A DNA stretch of 62,898 nt, the filler included. It is 13 parts of 13 records of this genome, joined end to end, with 100 filler letters (N's around TTAATTAATTAA, not from the genome) between each part and the next. Parts side by side here need not be neighbours in the genome. Positions count along the whole stretch, not along the records: positions 49,513 to 54,545 come from SRR7504441_4621; positions 54,646 to 58,577 come from SRR7504441_4623; positions 58,678 to 62,898 come from SRR7504441_4645; 10 more parts are not named here. One strand, given 5' to 3'. Below are positions 50,590 through 62,233 of this stretch, in pieces. Position 1 is the first letter of the stretch, and each line of letters starts with the position of its first letter. Made by a program: the position numbers and the translations under genes. Under the pieces are notes generated by a model. The model saw only the letters and a program-made list of their open reading frames with translations. It was not told the DNA's origin and made no database searches.

Positions 50590-53500
50590 ATGGCTCGGAC
50601 CCGCGCAGGCCCTGGGAGGCCGCGCAGCCAGCCCACCGACGAGCCGCCAGCTACTGAGCCAGCCGCCGGTGACGAGGCCGAGCCTCCGGCTGGCGCGCCA
50701 GGGGAGCTGCCCGCAGAGCCGCCCGGTGAGACACCGGGTTTCGCGTTCGCAGCCCCGAGCGACCCTTCGAAACCGGGTTTCGCGTTCGGAGCCGCGGCGC
50801 CGATGCCGCCTGGATTCGGAGCCCCGGCGCCGATGGCTGGATTTTGTAACAAAGGAGGTGGGCTGTTCGGAGCCCCAGGAGAGCAACCCTCGCCCAGCCC
50901 TGCAGCCGAGTTGCCGGCGCTCACCCGGGCGGTGCGGAACATCAACCACGCGCTCAGCGGGGCGGAAGGCCATACCCGAAGGCTGGTCGAATGGAGCGGC
51001 GAGTTCGACTGGAAAGGCTGGCCGGCCGGCGCGGAGCCTGCCCTCCCAATGCCGATCGACCTGGCTCCAGTGAAGTCGGCAACAGGCGGCCTGTTCGGCG
51101 GCCCGTTCGGCGGCGGGTTCGACGGCCAGGAGCTGAATTGGATGGACGGGCTGACGGAGGAGGAGCCGGAGGTGCTTCATGAGCTAGAGCGGGCGATGCT
51201 CGAGCAGGTGAGGCTGCTTGAGCAGTGGGTTGACCGCCACCAGCCGTTGCTGCACGAGCGGTGCGAGCATGCCACCGAGCTCGTGCAACAGGTGGCCACG
51301 CTCTCCCGCAGAATGTACCAGGGGACAGCTCTCCGCGATACAGTGGATCCAGTCACACCCGAATCGGTCAAGGCTGCCAGAAGGGACCCAGTAGACATCT
51401 CCGAGAGTTCGCTGGCCACTCTGAGGCGGTGGTGCGATGCAGCAGCAGCCGAGTGCGCTGTCAAGTTGGATTTGATTGCGCAGCTGGCAGCCGAGCTGGC
51501 CAAGCTGTGGGAGCGTGCTGCTGTTGAGCATGTGCCTGCTGTGACAAGTCCCTTGGTCGCTTCGCTGGTATTGGGCATCGAAAACGGCAAAGTTTCCACA
51601 GAGGAGGCCCTTTCTAGCCTTGAGCCCGCAGTGCAAGTGTGGCGGCGGGCCGTATGTCCGGACGAGATTGTGAGGCCTCTCCCCAGACTGACCTCAGATT
51701 TGGTCCTGCACTGCCTGCGCCAACTACTGCCATGGGGTGAAAATCTCAGAGAGGGGATCTTGCAGGGGGATGAGCAACTCAAGATGGGACTGGTGCTTAA
51801 CGAGGGACTGCGCATACTACAGATATTCTCTGGGAGCTGCCGCTGGGCGTGCACACCTTGTGAGGACACTGATTGGTTTGCGCCACCAGAGGCAGTCGCC
51901 GTGTCTTCTTGTATGTGTTGGGGCATTCTTGGTGCTTCATTTGGTTTGAGCGATGTGCGTGCCGCCCTGGCTCAAGCTAAAAGAAAAAGGGCCCTCACAG
52001 GTCTTTTTGCTTTTGATGATAAACCGACAGTTGCTGATCGAGGAAAAGGCAGTATCCTGTGCAATCTGGATTCTCTGGTACAAGATGCACTACAGCGCGG
52101 TCACGAGTGGAGACCGACAGTTGCTGACTGGTCGCGTGTTCTGTTCCCGGAGCCAGAAAAACTGCTCGAGCCCAGACAAATTGAACCCGAACACTGCACA
52201 ATTGCCCGGCGGCGCAGCACAGTCACCAAGCTTGCCACAACAAAAGATCTACAATCTGGCACTGGGGGATTCCTTCTGGCCGCATCTTCATGGGATGGCG
52301 CCGCAGCTTCCTGGAGAGTCTCATTCGATAATCTTGCTGATCCAGGGTCGTCGCTCAGGGTGCAGCTCCTAGCGGAGACGCAGCACTGCGGGCCTGCACT
52401 CTGCTGTGCGCTATCTGAGCGGCTCTTACTATCGGGAGGCTGTGACGGTACTCCCACCTTTGTAGCTGTCCTGACTCGTCAGGTTTGCAGGCGTTGTAGC
52501 TGCGTTACCTCTTCCAGGTTCAGGCCTGGAGCGACCAGCTGGGCCACACTACGTGCTCGCTCGGCTCGAGGCGGCAGTGTGCCAGATGGAAATATTTGTA
52601 GATGGTGCTTCGAATGAGTTCTGCATTGCTGCTACCTGGGACGAGCATCTTTGGGTTTGGCCAATTGATTCGGACCTAAAGGATGTTGCCCCGGTGGGGT
52701 GTGCTTTGCTGCCTTCGCGCCCGCAGCAGTTGCAAGTGAACTGGCCAATCTGTGCATTGGCACTTTCTGACAAGCGACTTGCTATTGTAGACCTGTCGTC
52801 CTGGGGCGATAATTCAGATTGTGCCACTGCCCTGAATAATTGCCTTCACCTGCGTACTTGGAACCTCGGAGTCGACACATGCATCACTAGCATGGCAATC
52901 ACCGGGTGGCCCCAAGCGGCAATATGTAAATTGACTCGCTGCTGCAGGCCACCAGGTCAGAGCGACGGCGTGATACTTGGATCAGTGGCGGGGCGATGCC
53001 AAGTGATTTATTTTTCACAAAGTCAGCAGGACAGAAACTTCCTTTTCAAGTGCCACGATTGTCGTCGCTGGCAGCCAGTAAGAGCCCCTCTGGACGAAAA
53101 TCAATATAAGTGTGGTGTTGTTACCTCCATCAATGGCGTTGCGTCGCACCCTGACAACGAATCGTTATTTGCCACTATCGGTGGCGATGGAAATGTGAAC
53201 TTGTGGAATCGAGATCAGAGGCAGCGCGTCAGACGGATGGGATCGACGGCAAGTTTGGCCGAAGACAAGGACACTGTTGTCCGTTGTCCAGGTACCGCCT
53301 TGGTACAGGATCCATACGGAGTGTCTGTTTGCTATGCAATAGGCTATGACTGGTCGGTCGGCGACTTTTGGGAACTAGAACGGCGACACACAGGATACCC
53401 ACAGACCGTGCCTGAAAGTTGCATTTACTGGGCACGGTCAAATGAGGAAGCTAAATTTTCGTGGGCAACGTCAAATGAGCAAGAGATGGCAAAAGTCGTT

Positions 53501-54064
53501 CCCAAAGTCGAGACCCCAGCGGAAGAAGCCGATTCAGAATCAGCCAAGACAACGTTTAGTCCTACAGACGGGGCAGAGCCCTGGAAAATGGACCTTATGG
53601 GCATTGAGGCCCAGGTCCACGTCAACACCACCGTCGATGCCATTGATACAGCATCCGAAGAGCTTTGGAAGCTCCCAAGCCATCTGGTCAAGCTTTACAA
53701 TCGGCCAGGAGGTGGCCGTCGATTCCATCCACAGGAGTGGTGCCTTGCTCACATGTGCTCGCGCAGAGAATTACCCTTAGTTTCACTTGCACAAGCGCGC
53801 TGGTCTCGTCAGAAGCCGGAAGTAAAAACAGCTCATTGCAGATTGGTTGCGGCTGTCATAGCGGCAGTCTCGTCTCATTGTGAGATATCTGGGGCCGCCG
53901 GCGAGGCGAGCCCGGAGGCTGTCCGGCTTACGAGCGGCATGCCGGTACTCCCGGGCAATCCTGTGGAAGCTGGACCTGCGACCTACCAATTATGCGTTGT
54001 TGTTCGGTTTCTTGCTCAGTTATGGGCACCTCTGCTACACAAAGCGCTCGAGCCTTATTTGTGA
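50590..54064 (+). CDS. FG-repeat N-terminus, helical middle, Rae1/Gle2-like WD40 propeller
   Basis: GFAFG/GLFG repeats; ASSWDG, SGGCD, GSVAGR, NFLFKCH, FATIGGDG, GYDWSVG; ORFs joined in frame by intron 52448-52490. Confidence 0.75.
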
Positions 54065-54645
54065 ATCAAACAGCACCCTTTGGATAAAAATTAAATGCAC
54101 ATAAAATTAATAAAACGCAGTGAAAAGGCAACAGCCCCCGGCTGGTATGCGTAACCGTACCACAACACTACCACAGCACGCGTGTGCCCGCGACCCGAGA
54201 TGTCGAGTCTGGCCGACATTCCGTTATTTCCGTTACTGTTACCGTCATCTCGCCTTTGCAGGGTCGGATCCTTTGCTGGCAGGTGGTCCAACCCATCCTG
54301 CCCCATTTTGCCCCCCCTCCGCTTTACGAGCTCCTACTGCCATCACCGTTGCCTTGTCCTCCGCTGTCCCTTTACTCCGGCCGTTCGTGGGCTGTTCGGT
54401 AGTCAAACGCCCGGGCCCGATCGATCGTCCAGCATCAGCGGGTACGAACGGTGTCTACCCGCCGACGAGCGGCCGTCGGAAGCAGCTGGTGGAACGCTAG
54501 CAGATTAGCCGAGCCCAAGTTGCACCGTCGGTCTGACTACCAACCNNNNNNNNNNNNNNNNNNNNNNNNNNNNNNNNNNNNNNNNNNNNTTAATTAATTA
54601 ANNNNNNNNNNNNNNNNNNNNNNNNNNNNNNNNNNNNNNNNNNNN

Positions 54646-54699
54646 GTGGTAGTAGTACGGCTTGCCGGTGGTCGGATCGTTCGTCTGACTCCACGGCAT
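54646..54699 (-). CDS. 5' end of a WW-domain protein
   Basis: MPWSQTNDPTTGKPYYYH at the contig end. Confidence 0.65.
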
Positions 54700-55078
54700 C
54701 GTGTTCTCCTCCGGGTGTGGACCGCCGGGGAGATCACCACTCTTTTGCCGTTGGGCTATGGAACCCGGACTCAACAGGCACCACCACCAGACTGACGGAC
54801 CCGTACCCTGCCGACCGCAGCCGACGGGTTCCAAGGGCCAACAGAACCCGACGGCGGGCACGGTCACCCCCCTCTAGGAAAGTTCCGGGTGGAAATTGTA
54901 TTGACGGGACTTTTCATAATCAATCCAGAATCGCAAGCGCAAATGTATTGGTAGATCGGTTGGGTAGATGGTATGTATCGGATTACGGAGGGTAACGGCT
55001 TCATAATTGCGACAACCGCGATGCGAATCAAGCCAATATTAATTGAATTGGTACCTAGGAATCGCATGCCTCTAGTGC

Positions 55079-57616
55079 TCACGCCTCCATGTCTGAATTT
55101 GAATCATAAAAAGAAGGGTCCGGCTCACCAAAGTACGAATCATCAGAGAGCCCATCTTGGTCGTAAAACTCGTCTGGATCATAAAGAACCTCAAACTTGT
55201 TCAGGCAGAGCTCTGACTGCAGCTGCTCCAACTGCCTAGTGCCCTCTTCACCAAGCTCCCATACGTCCCATAAGACTAAGCTCAGTTGCTCTAGTGAATG
55301 CAGTCGCCTCACTGCTCGACACAACCCGCTCAGATCCGACAGCTCATTGCACCCCGCAAAATTGATCGCGAGCTTTGTGACTGCGGGCTTATTGGACAGC
55401 ACGTCAACCAACCAATCGGTATCTGTGACACCATTGCAATTCTGTAAGCTGAGCCTCAATTCGGATCGGCTGGAGTCATCCTCTGCCAAAACTTGCACAG
55501 CGAGATCAAGCCTCCCTCTCTTAGCTGCACCACCGACTGCAGCCTCAGAGAACACGCCTCGGAGGGCCCTGTTCACTCTCGCACACTCCAGATGGCCTAG
55601 GTCGGGCTGGACAGTATCGAGGTTTTCAGTGAGACCGTTGATTGTATTCAGAATCCGCTGCTTGTCCGACTGGACCGATGCATTTGCAGTCGTCACGTCT
55701 ATCCCAAATCCTCGCTCAATCAGTTGGAGCGGGAACTTGGTCTCACGGGCACTTTTCAAGGTGGTCCCTTCCCCGGCCCTTTGCGCTTCCTTTACACTCT
55801 CCCAATCAGTGAGCCCGCGAGTGATTAGTTGTGGCTCTCCACTGAGCACTGTTGCAATATCTAGAGGCAGCTGGTCCCGCAGCTGCTGGATCACCATTGC
55901 CATCTCGAAACAGCACTGTCACACAGTATTGTGAGCAGATCTATAGATGTGCTAAGCACGTTACCCAAACTCTGCTGAACGGCATCGCATGCTCGTCAAG
56001 AACCAGCAGCAACCCTCGGCACTGGCTCATAGCCCGAAAGAATGAAGTCTGGAGCGGGTCACTTGAGACGTCTTCACTCAGCTTCCACTGATTGTTGGCC
56101 TGAACAGTTCACAAAGCTCAACAGTCGGCCCAACACACGCTTGCAGCTACGTAAGCGCAGATCCAATACGTAGTTTGTTCGGGGTCAGGCCCTTCGAGAA
56201 GCTTTTGATATGTGCGACTCGCCCTGTTGGCTTGCCCACCCAGCCTGATTAGAGCATGATTCTCGACCGCCAAGATGAAGTCCATCACAGGCTCACCTTG
56301 AACCAGACACACTCAGCCACCAGATGCGCGCCCCACGGAGAGCTCTCACCCCAGCAGTGACTAACCTGTCAGCACTAGTATAGTATAGTATAGTGTATAG
56401 TATAGTATAGTGTAGCTCACCCCACCAGTGACTAACCTGTCAGCACACAAAGCCCGTCAATCAGCGTGCCGGATCAGCGGCTTACAAAGAAGTACGGGAT
56501 CTGCGGGGCACTGCAGAGGCGCTCGACCAGGCTGCACTGATGCTCGTAGGTTGCTGCTTTGATCACCCAGGTGTCAAGCTAATCAGACACACACCCATCG
56601 ATCAGTTGACACAGCTGAGATTTAGTCACCTGGTACAGGTTGATCTTCCTCAACGGAATCCTGTCGCCTGCGGCCGGGCTATACTCTGGCGACGACAAGT
56701 CGATCCACTGTAAGAGCCCCAGCTCCTTCCTCTTTGCAGCGAGCTTCGATGGCTTTTTGCGGAGCTTAGCCTCAATCTCACAGCTGTCTATCAAAACGCA
56801 TTCAGCCTGTTCTGTGGTAGCAAGCTTTTGGTAGCATTCGTTGCAGTAGGATTGGCCTTCACTTTCTCTGGTGAAGCACGGCCCGCGGACAGGGTCCATC
56901 CCACACTGTGCACACTCCTCGTAATTGTGCACCCACCAGCTCATGTCGCCTGGCCCTCAACAGTCAGTAACCCACCTACGATTTCGCGATAGCAACAAGG
57001 TCAGGCGGCCAGCCTGGGGCTCACTAAGGTGTTGTTCGAGCTCGGTCTCACTGCATTCTTCAGCATGAACCGCCACAAACTCGCGCACACGCTTCAGCTG
57101 CCTGACGGTGATGCCACGGTTGTGCGCGCCATCAACGCGTGTGCACTGTTGCGAGCCGGTGAGTGTTCCAAACGGCAGATCTTCCGGTGCTGTGACCCGT
57201 CGCCCCTCGAGGGTCCACTCTGCCTCGAGCACCGTGCAGAGCTGGTCGATTACCCGTACTGGACTTTGGCCGCGCCGGTTTCGCCAGATGGCTGCAACAT
57301 CGGCCACCTCGGCGTCTGTCGGTTGATAGCCTAGATGCCCGGTGATCGGTTCAGATACACGGCCGCCGTGGAAATCCCCAAGATAGGTCCGAAACTTTTC
57401 AATGCTCAGCCCGAGCATGCGCACGGATGCCTCAGCGGCTGGATCAGGCTGCACGCACTGCGGAACCCGGGGCGCAACAGCTGTGACTGGGACAGGTGCG
57501 GCCGCCGAGGTCTGGGATATCGAGCGTTGCGGGATTTCGAGCGTTGTGCGATCCCCGACTGACCGTCCAGCAGCGCTGCCGCCGTCGTCTATCTGTGTTG
57601 TGTTGCCGCAGCCCAT
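55079..57616 (-). CDS. Multi-exon protein: MGCG N-terminus, ZZ-like zinc finger, SHxW-motif domain, C-terminal LRRs
   Basis: MGCGN; CAQC..CNEC; INLYQV..CSLVE..FVSHWWGEPV..YWICAY..TSFFRAM..LVLD; LRLSLQNCNGVTD, INFAGCNELSDL. Confidence 0.75.
56345..56446. repeat. ~31-nt direct repeat flanking a (TATAG)n microsatellite
   Basis: ctcacccca[g/c]cagtgactaacctgtcagcac occurs twice with one mismatch. Confidence 0.95.
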
Positions 57617-57943
57617 TGGAGTCGTAACGGAAAGGCTTCGCCAATGATGAGTCAGGCGCGAGCGCTGAGGGCGGCTATCGAGTCGAGATGCATATGCCAC
57701 CTCAAGAAGAGGAGAGGTGGGTTGCGCGTTTGCCGCTGGCCAGACCCGGCTGGCACCAGTGACGACCCAATCTTAGTACAAGAAAGTCGCGTTTTCTCCC
57801 TGCGCCGCTGGCCACGTTTAAATATATTTGCATCCGAGCTTAAACATTAAAACTAATCCACCCCGGCGACCTTGTGCCTATTGGATTCACTCTTGTCGAG
57901 CTTGAAACGATTCGAGTCAAGAGGCCGAGGTGGGATCAAACCT

Positions 57944-58577
57944 TCATTCACGTGCAGCTGCTGCCCGGCCAGTGGGCCTTGCGGATTCGCCTGGTACCCG
58001 AGCAGCGGCCTGTGGCGCAGCCGGGGGGTTCCACGCAGCCGGGGGAGGCATCACTATCCCTGCGCATGCTGCGCTCCCGGTCGTTGGCACGTCGTTCTCA
58101 GAAATAGGCACGGCGCCCATCCTGGCCGCACTCCTTGTATCGACTCTACCGACGGCCACCCCCGGCACAATCCCGGCAACCCCAGTGCTGCCTGCGGCAG
58201 GCCCGACGGCTACCTCCAACGCGCCCCCTGCACCGACTGCGCTCCCACCCGTGGGGATTGAAGCCGGCAGCGCGGCCAGGCTGGCGGGTATCGATCTGGA
58301 GGGTCCCGGCTTTCTCCTGGAGCTGGCCGCATCGGCGAGGCAGGCGATTGGGGCCAGCAGGTACATGATATCGCTCCCAGCTGGCCACAGCTGCCTGCTT
58401 ACTGCGCCGGGCGGTACCGACGACTTCTGGGGCTGAACCAGCGCCACTGCGGCCTTGCGCTTCCGGCCTCCCTGGCCGCACTCCCCCTTGCACTCCTTAC
58501 ATCGACTGCGCCGCCGCCCGTGGGTGCAAATGCTGCCCCCGCCGCAGTCCTTGCACCGACTGCGCACCCGGCCGTGG
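57944..58577 (-). CDS. 3' fragment with HGR-x-R-x-x-CK-x-C Cys/His repeats
   Basis: HGRVRSRCKDCGGGSICTHGRRRSRCKEC followed by basic RKRK. Confidence 0.65.
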
Positions 58578-58677
58578 NNNNNNNNNNNNNNNNNNNNNNN
58601 NNNNNNNNNNNNNNNNNNNNNTTAATTAATTAANNNNNNNNNNNNNNNNNNNNNNNNNNNNNNNNNNNNNNNNNNNN

Positions 58678-60544
58678 CCTCCTCTTCATCGAGGTAGTTT
58701 GGGTTGACTGACGGTCGTCTAGAAATGGCTCTTGAGCGAGCCCGAGCCCGGGAGCCCCATTTTGTTCCAGTAATTTCATTAGATTCAAGGGAATCAATAT
58801 CAGCTGCGTCACCATCGATTTCATGACTGCTTTCCTTAGCAAAGATCTCTATGGGAGTGGTGCTGCCGGTCTGCTGCCCAACACCTGCCCCGCTCCCAGT
58901 GCCTGCATGCATCTTGCTCTCAGCAGAAAGGTACCCAACATCCGGGTCGTCGCTGGGCGCGGGTGGAGGAACGTCTGAGAACTCTTCTAACTGCAAGTCT
59001 AAGTCTCCTTGGGAGCCGAAACCTAACTCATCCACGGAGGTACTTGTGGCCACCATCTGCTCTGCAAGCATGACGAAATCCTCGTCGACAGTTGCGTCTG
59101 CCAGGTCGTCAGACTGCTGATCTGGTGCAGCATCCGCTGTGGCAGTGCCCTCTACAGGAGTGCTCGTTGTGACCAGCTCCTCTGCAAGCCTGACCAAATC
59201 GTCGTCGTTTGAAAATCCCAGTGCACTGTCGATCGCAGTCACCTCGTGCAGAGGAGAATCTTGCTTCTGCCCGACCACGTTGGCGGGCATCGATCGAGTC
59301 TCCTCGCCCACACTGTTCTCTGGTGCCGGGATGCTGGATAGCGTTGGTGTGGTCCTCACAATTTCCTCTGCTAGTGGCACCAGGTCCATTTCTTCCTGAG
59401 CCATGGGGTCGGCTTTAGTCCCCTCAGCAGCAGTCAAAGCGCCCACCGGCAGGGACCCTTTATCAAGCTTTGTGGTATCACATTTAAGTGGATTGTCTAA
59501 ATGCTTTACACTGTCCTGCTCTGGAAGAGTGTCAGACACTTCTGTTGTTTCACTCGAGGACACTGCGTCTACACCCGCGTTTTGCTCACACATGTCTTCG
59601 AAACACGCCTTGAGCACCGCCGGCGCCAGGTTCATGCACAATCCGCCACCTATCAGCACAACCGAAACAAACCAGATCATCACAATCCAGTATTCGGAGT
59701 AGTCGGTCGAGTCCTCAACAAACACGACCACATTGGTCCAGCTCTCGACTGTAGCTACCAGGAATGCCACCAGGAGCGAGGTGCCGATGTTATCAAACGA
59801 AATGGTGGATGACATTGGCGTTTGGAACAGCTCGATGCATCGGTACCCCGCGGAGCACTCGTAAACTGGGTCTTTCCCCGTGCCACAAAGCTGCAGGCTA
59901 TCCCCAGCAGCCACTGTCCCGAATGCCTCTGAGACGCAGTTCTGGTGCAGCGCACCGTCGAACCAAATCTGCAAGCCTATTAGTGCAAACATCATGTAGA
60001 TGAATCCGCAGAGAAGGACCACGTTCAGCAGCTGGGGTGCTGACGAGAGCAGCGTGTTGACTATCACCTTAAGCTGCGGCAATCTATTGATGGTTCGCAG
60101 TGGCCTGAGACACCGGAAAGAACGCAGAGCCGACATCCCCTCAGCCGCGTCCCCTAGGATCAACTCCAGGTACCCAAGCAGCACAATCAGCGCGTCAAGC
60201 CTGTTCCAGTTGTCGGCGAGGTACCCGCTTTGTCTGCTGCACCCGAGCGCGATCACCTTGATGATCAGCTCGAGGGTGAACAGCGAGAGGAACGCGATCT
60301 CGCAGCTGTCGACAACATCCTGCCGCTCGGAGTGCAGCCCAGTCGGGTCGTCGCAGGCCAGGCAGACGCTGTTGAGCAGCACCAGCCCGAGAATCACGTC
60401 ATCGAACCGCTTGTGCGATATCAGCCGGAGGCAGCCCTGTTGGGCGGCCTGGCAGCACCTGGCGCAGCAGCCCTCTGCCGGCGGTGGCTCTCCCTCCGGC
60501 TGCACCAGGTACCGCTCGTCCGCCGGATGGACGGTGGCGCTCAT
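58678..60544 (-). CDS. Voltage-gated Ca2+/Na+ channel alpha subunit, domain I and long linker, 3' truncated
   Basis: NWNRLDALIV, S4 LRSFRCLRPLRTINR, pore SFDNIG..TVESW. Confidence 0.92.
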
Positions 60545-60691
60545 CGTGCTCTACTGATGCTCGGGGCTCTGGCAGCCTGGCCGGACCCCGCTCGGGCCCG
60601 CGCTGACCACTGCCGGACGGTCCATTGAGCCAGGCCTGTTCGGCCCTCTCCCGATCTCGCCCACCGCTCAGCTGGAACTCGAAATAGACTT

Positions 60692-62155
60692 GTGACTTGG
60701 CGCGCCCCGGAGGACGAGATGTGCTGGCACAAGCGGCTGTCCCGGTCGATGAAGCTGCCGGTGCCGTCGGCGGCGCCCCCGGCCGGGGCCAAGGGCTCGC
60801 ACATCACCCGGGCCACCGAGCTCGACTGCGGCAACCCCTACCCGCACACCATCCGCAAGAGGATCGCGCGCTCGGCCGGGCTGCACACTGTCCGGGCCAC
60901 CGGGCCCCGGATGCGCGATCCGGTGTCGGACGGTCTGCCCCCGGGCCAGTACACCGCCAAGCCGCGGCCGAGCACCAGCGCCGGCAGCTTTGACAAGCAG
61001 CTGGATCGGGGGGCGGCCTCGGGCTCTCGGCCACTCAAGCTGGAGCAGCAGGCCGAGGTCGGGCTGCTCCAATCGCCGTGCTGCAGCTACATCCCGCCGT
61101 CGAGCATGCTGCACCGGCCGGGGGGGACCATCTCCCGGCTCAAACGGTTCGGCACTAAGCACTTCCCGGACGCCAAGATACAGAACGGGTTTAGGACCGG
61201 GCTGCTCACCGAGCAAGTCTCACTCCCGGACCGGAGCTACAACGTCGAGGTCGGCCGGTGCAGCTCAATCGGGGGTCTGGCCGCCCGGAGTCGGTCCCGC
61301 GGCTCGCACCAGTTCAGGTCTGGCAGCGAGCGCATGGCGGTGCACAGCCCGACAGGCAGCATGCTAGCGCCGGGTGCTTACCATCGGCCGCAGACGGTGC
61401 CCGAGCAGCTGGCCGGCGACTTCAGGCGGACCCGGACCGGGCAGCCGGCCAACAGCGCCAGCTTCACCAGCAGCGGCCGGGGTGGTACGCACAAGGGCAA
61501 AGGCGGGATCCAGCGGTGCATGCTCTCGCTGGACAAACAGGAGGAGCGGAATGGCTGGCGGCGGGAAGGCAGCGGGTTCTCGGGGAGCGACCGTTGGCGG
61601 GGCGGGATCTTCGACCAGCGGGACCCGGAGGTGGCGGGCGCCAGCAGGCAGGGGAGCAAGCCGGGGCTGTGGGAGCGAGTCCAGCGGAGCCCTATCAAGT
61701 ATTCGGGGATGGACTCGGGCACATGCAGGACGATCGGCACCCCGGCATTCCAGGTCAGCCAGGGCGTCCGGGCCGGGTCGGCCGCCTCGATGGCGCTCGC
61801 CTCAGACAAGGTCGGCCCGGGGCACTACTGTGACAGCTCCGGCCAGCCCCCCGGGCCTCGTGCGATAGAGCGCACTCCCAACAAGCCGTGGCCCTCTTTC
61901 GTGAGCCGGATACCCCGCTTCTCCGAGCCGAGCGAGCCTCACTTGGACTCGCCGGCCGGGCTAGTTCGGCTGGACACGGAGCACTGGCACCGGTCCAACC
62001 GGAAGATATCAGCTGTGAAGGCACCCGACATGCTAGTGCACCGAACCGACGCGCCGGGGCCCGGGCACTACTTCCAACCGCAGACCGACCGGTGGGATCG
62101 AGAGGTGGCGTTGGTGGCGGCGGCACTCGATCCTGGCTCGCCCAAGCCCCATTAA
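60692..62155 (+). CDS. Sperm-tail PG-rich repeat (STPG/ODF3-like) protein
   Basis: PPGQY, APGAY, VGPGHY, APGPGHY with F-x-S-x-x-x-R type spacers; first ATG at 60719. Confidence 0.75.
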   Translation: MTWRAPEDEMCWHKRLSRSMKLPVPSAAPPAGAKGSHITRATELDCGNPYPHTIRKRIARSAGLHTVRATGPRMRDPVSDGLPPGQYTAKPRPSTSAGSFDKQLDRGAASGSRPLKLEQQAEVGLLQSPCCSYIPPSSMLHRPGGTISRLKRFGTKHFPDAKIQNGFRTGLLTEQVSLPDRSYNVEVGRCSSIGGLAARSRSRGSHQFRSGSERMAVHSPTGSMLAPGAYHRPQTVPEQLAGDFRRTRTGQPANSASFTSSGRGGTHKGKGGIQRCMLSLDKQEERNGWRREGSGFSGSDRWRGGIFDQRDPEVAGASRQGSKPGLWERVQRSPIKYSGMDSGTCRTIGTPAFQVSQGVRAGSAASMALASDKVGPGHYCDSSGQPPGPRAIERTPNKPWPSFVSRIPRFSEPSEPHLDSPAGLVRLDTEHWHRSNRKISAVKAPDMLVHRTDAPGPGHYFQPQTDRWDREVALVAAALDPGSPKPH

Positions 62156-62233
62156 TGGGAATTAACCCGACCAACGATTAACCAGAGATAACTAGCTAGC
62201 TAGTGAAGCAAGATTTATGTCTGACTAGAGTGC

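Noticed and set aside
49513-51180. 571-aa glycerate kinase ORF with a long N-terminal extension
   Set aside because: The part above 50547 is the antisense of the FG-repeat gene; ATG 50547 gives a normal leader
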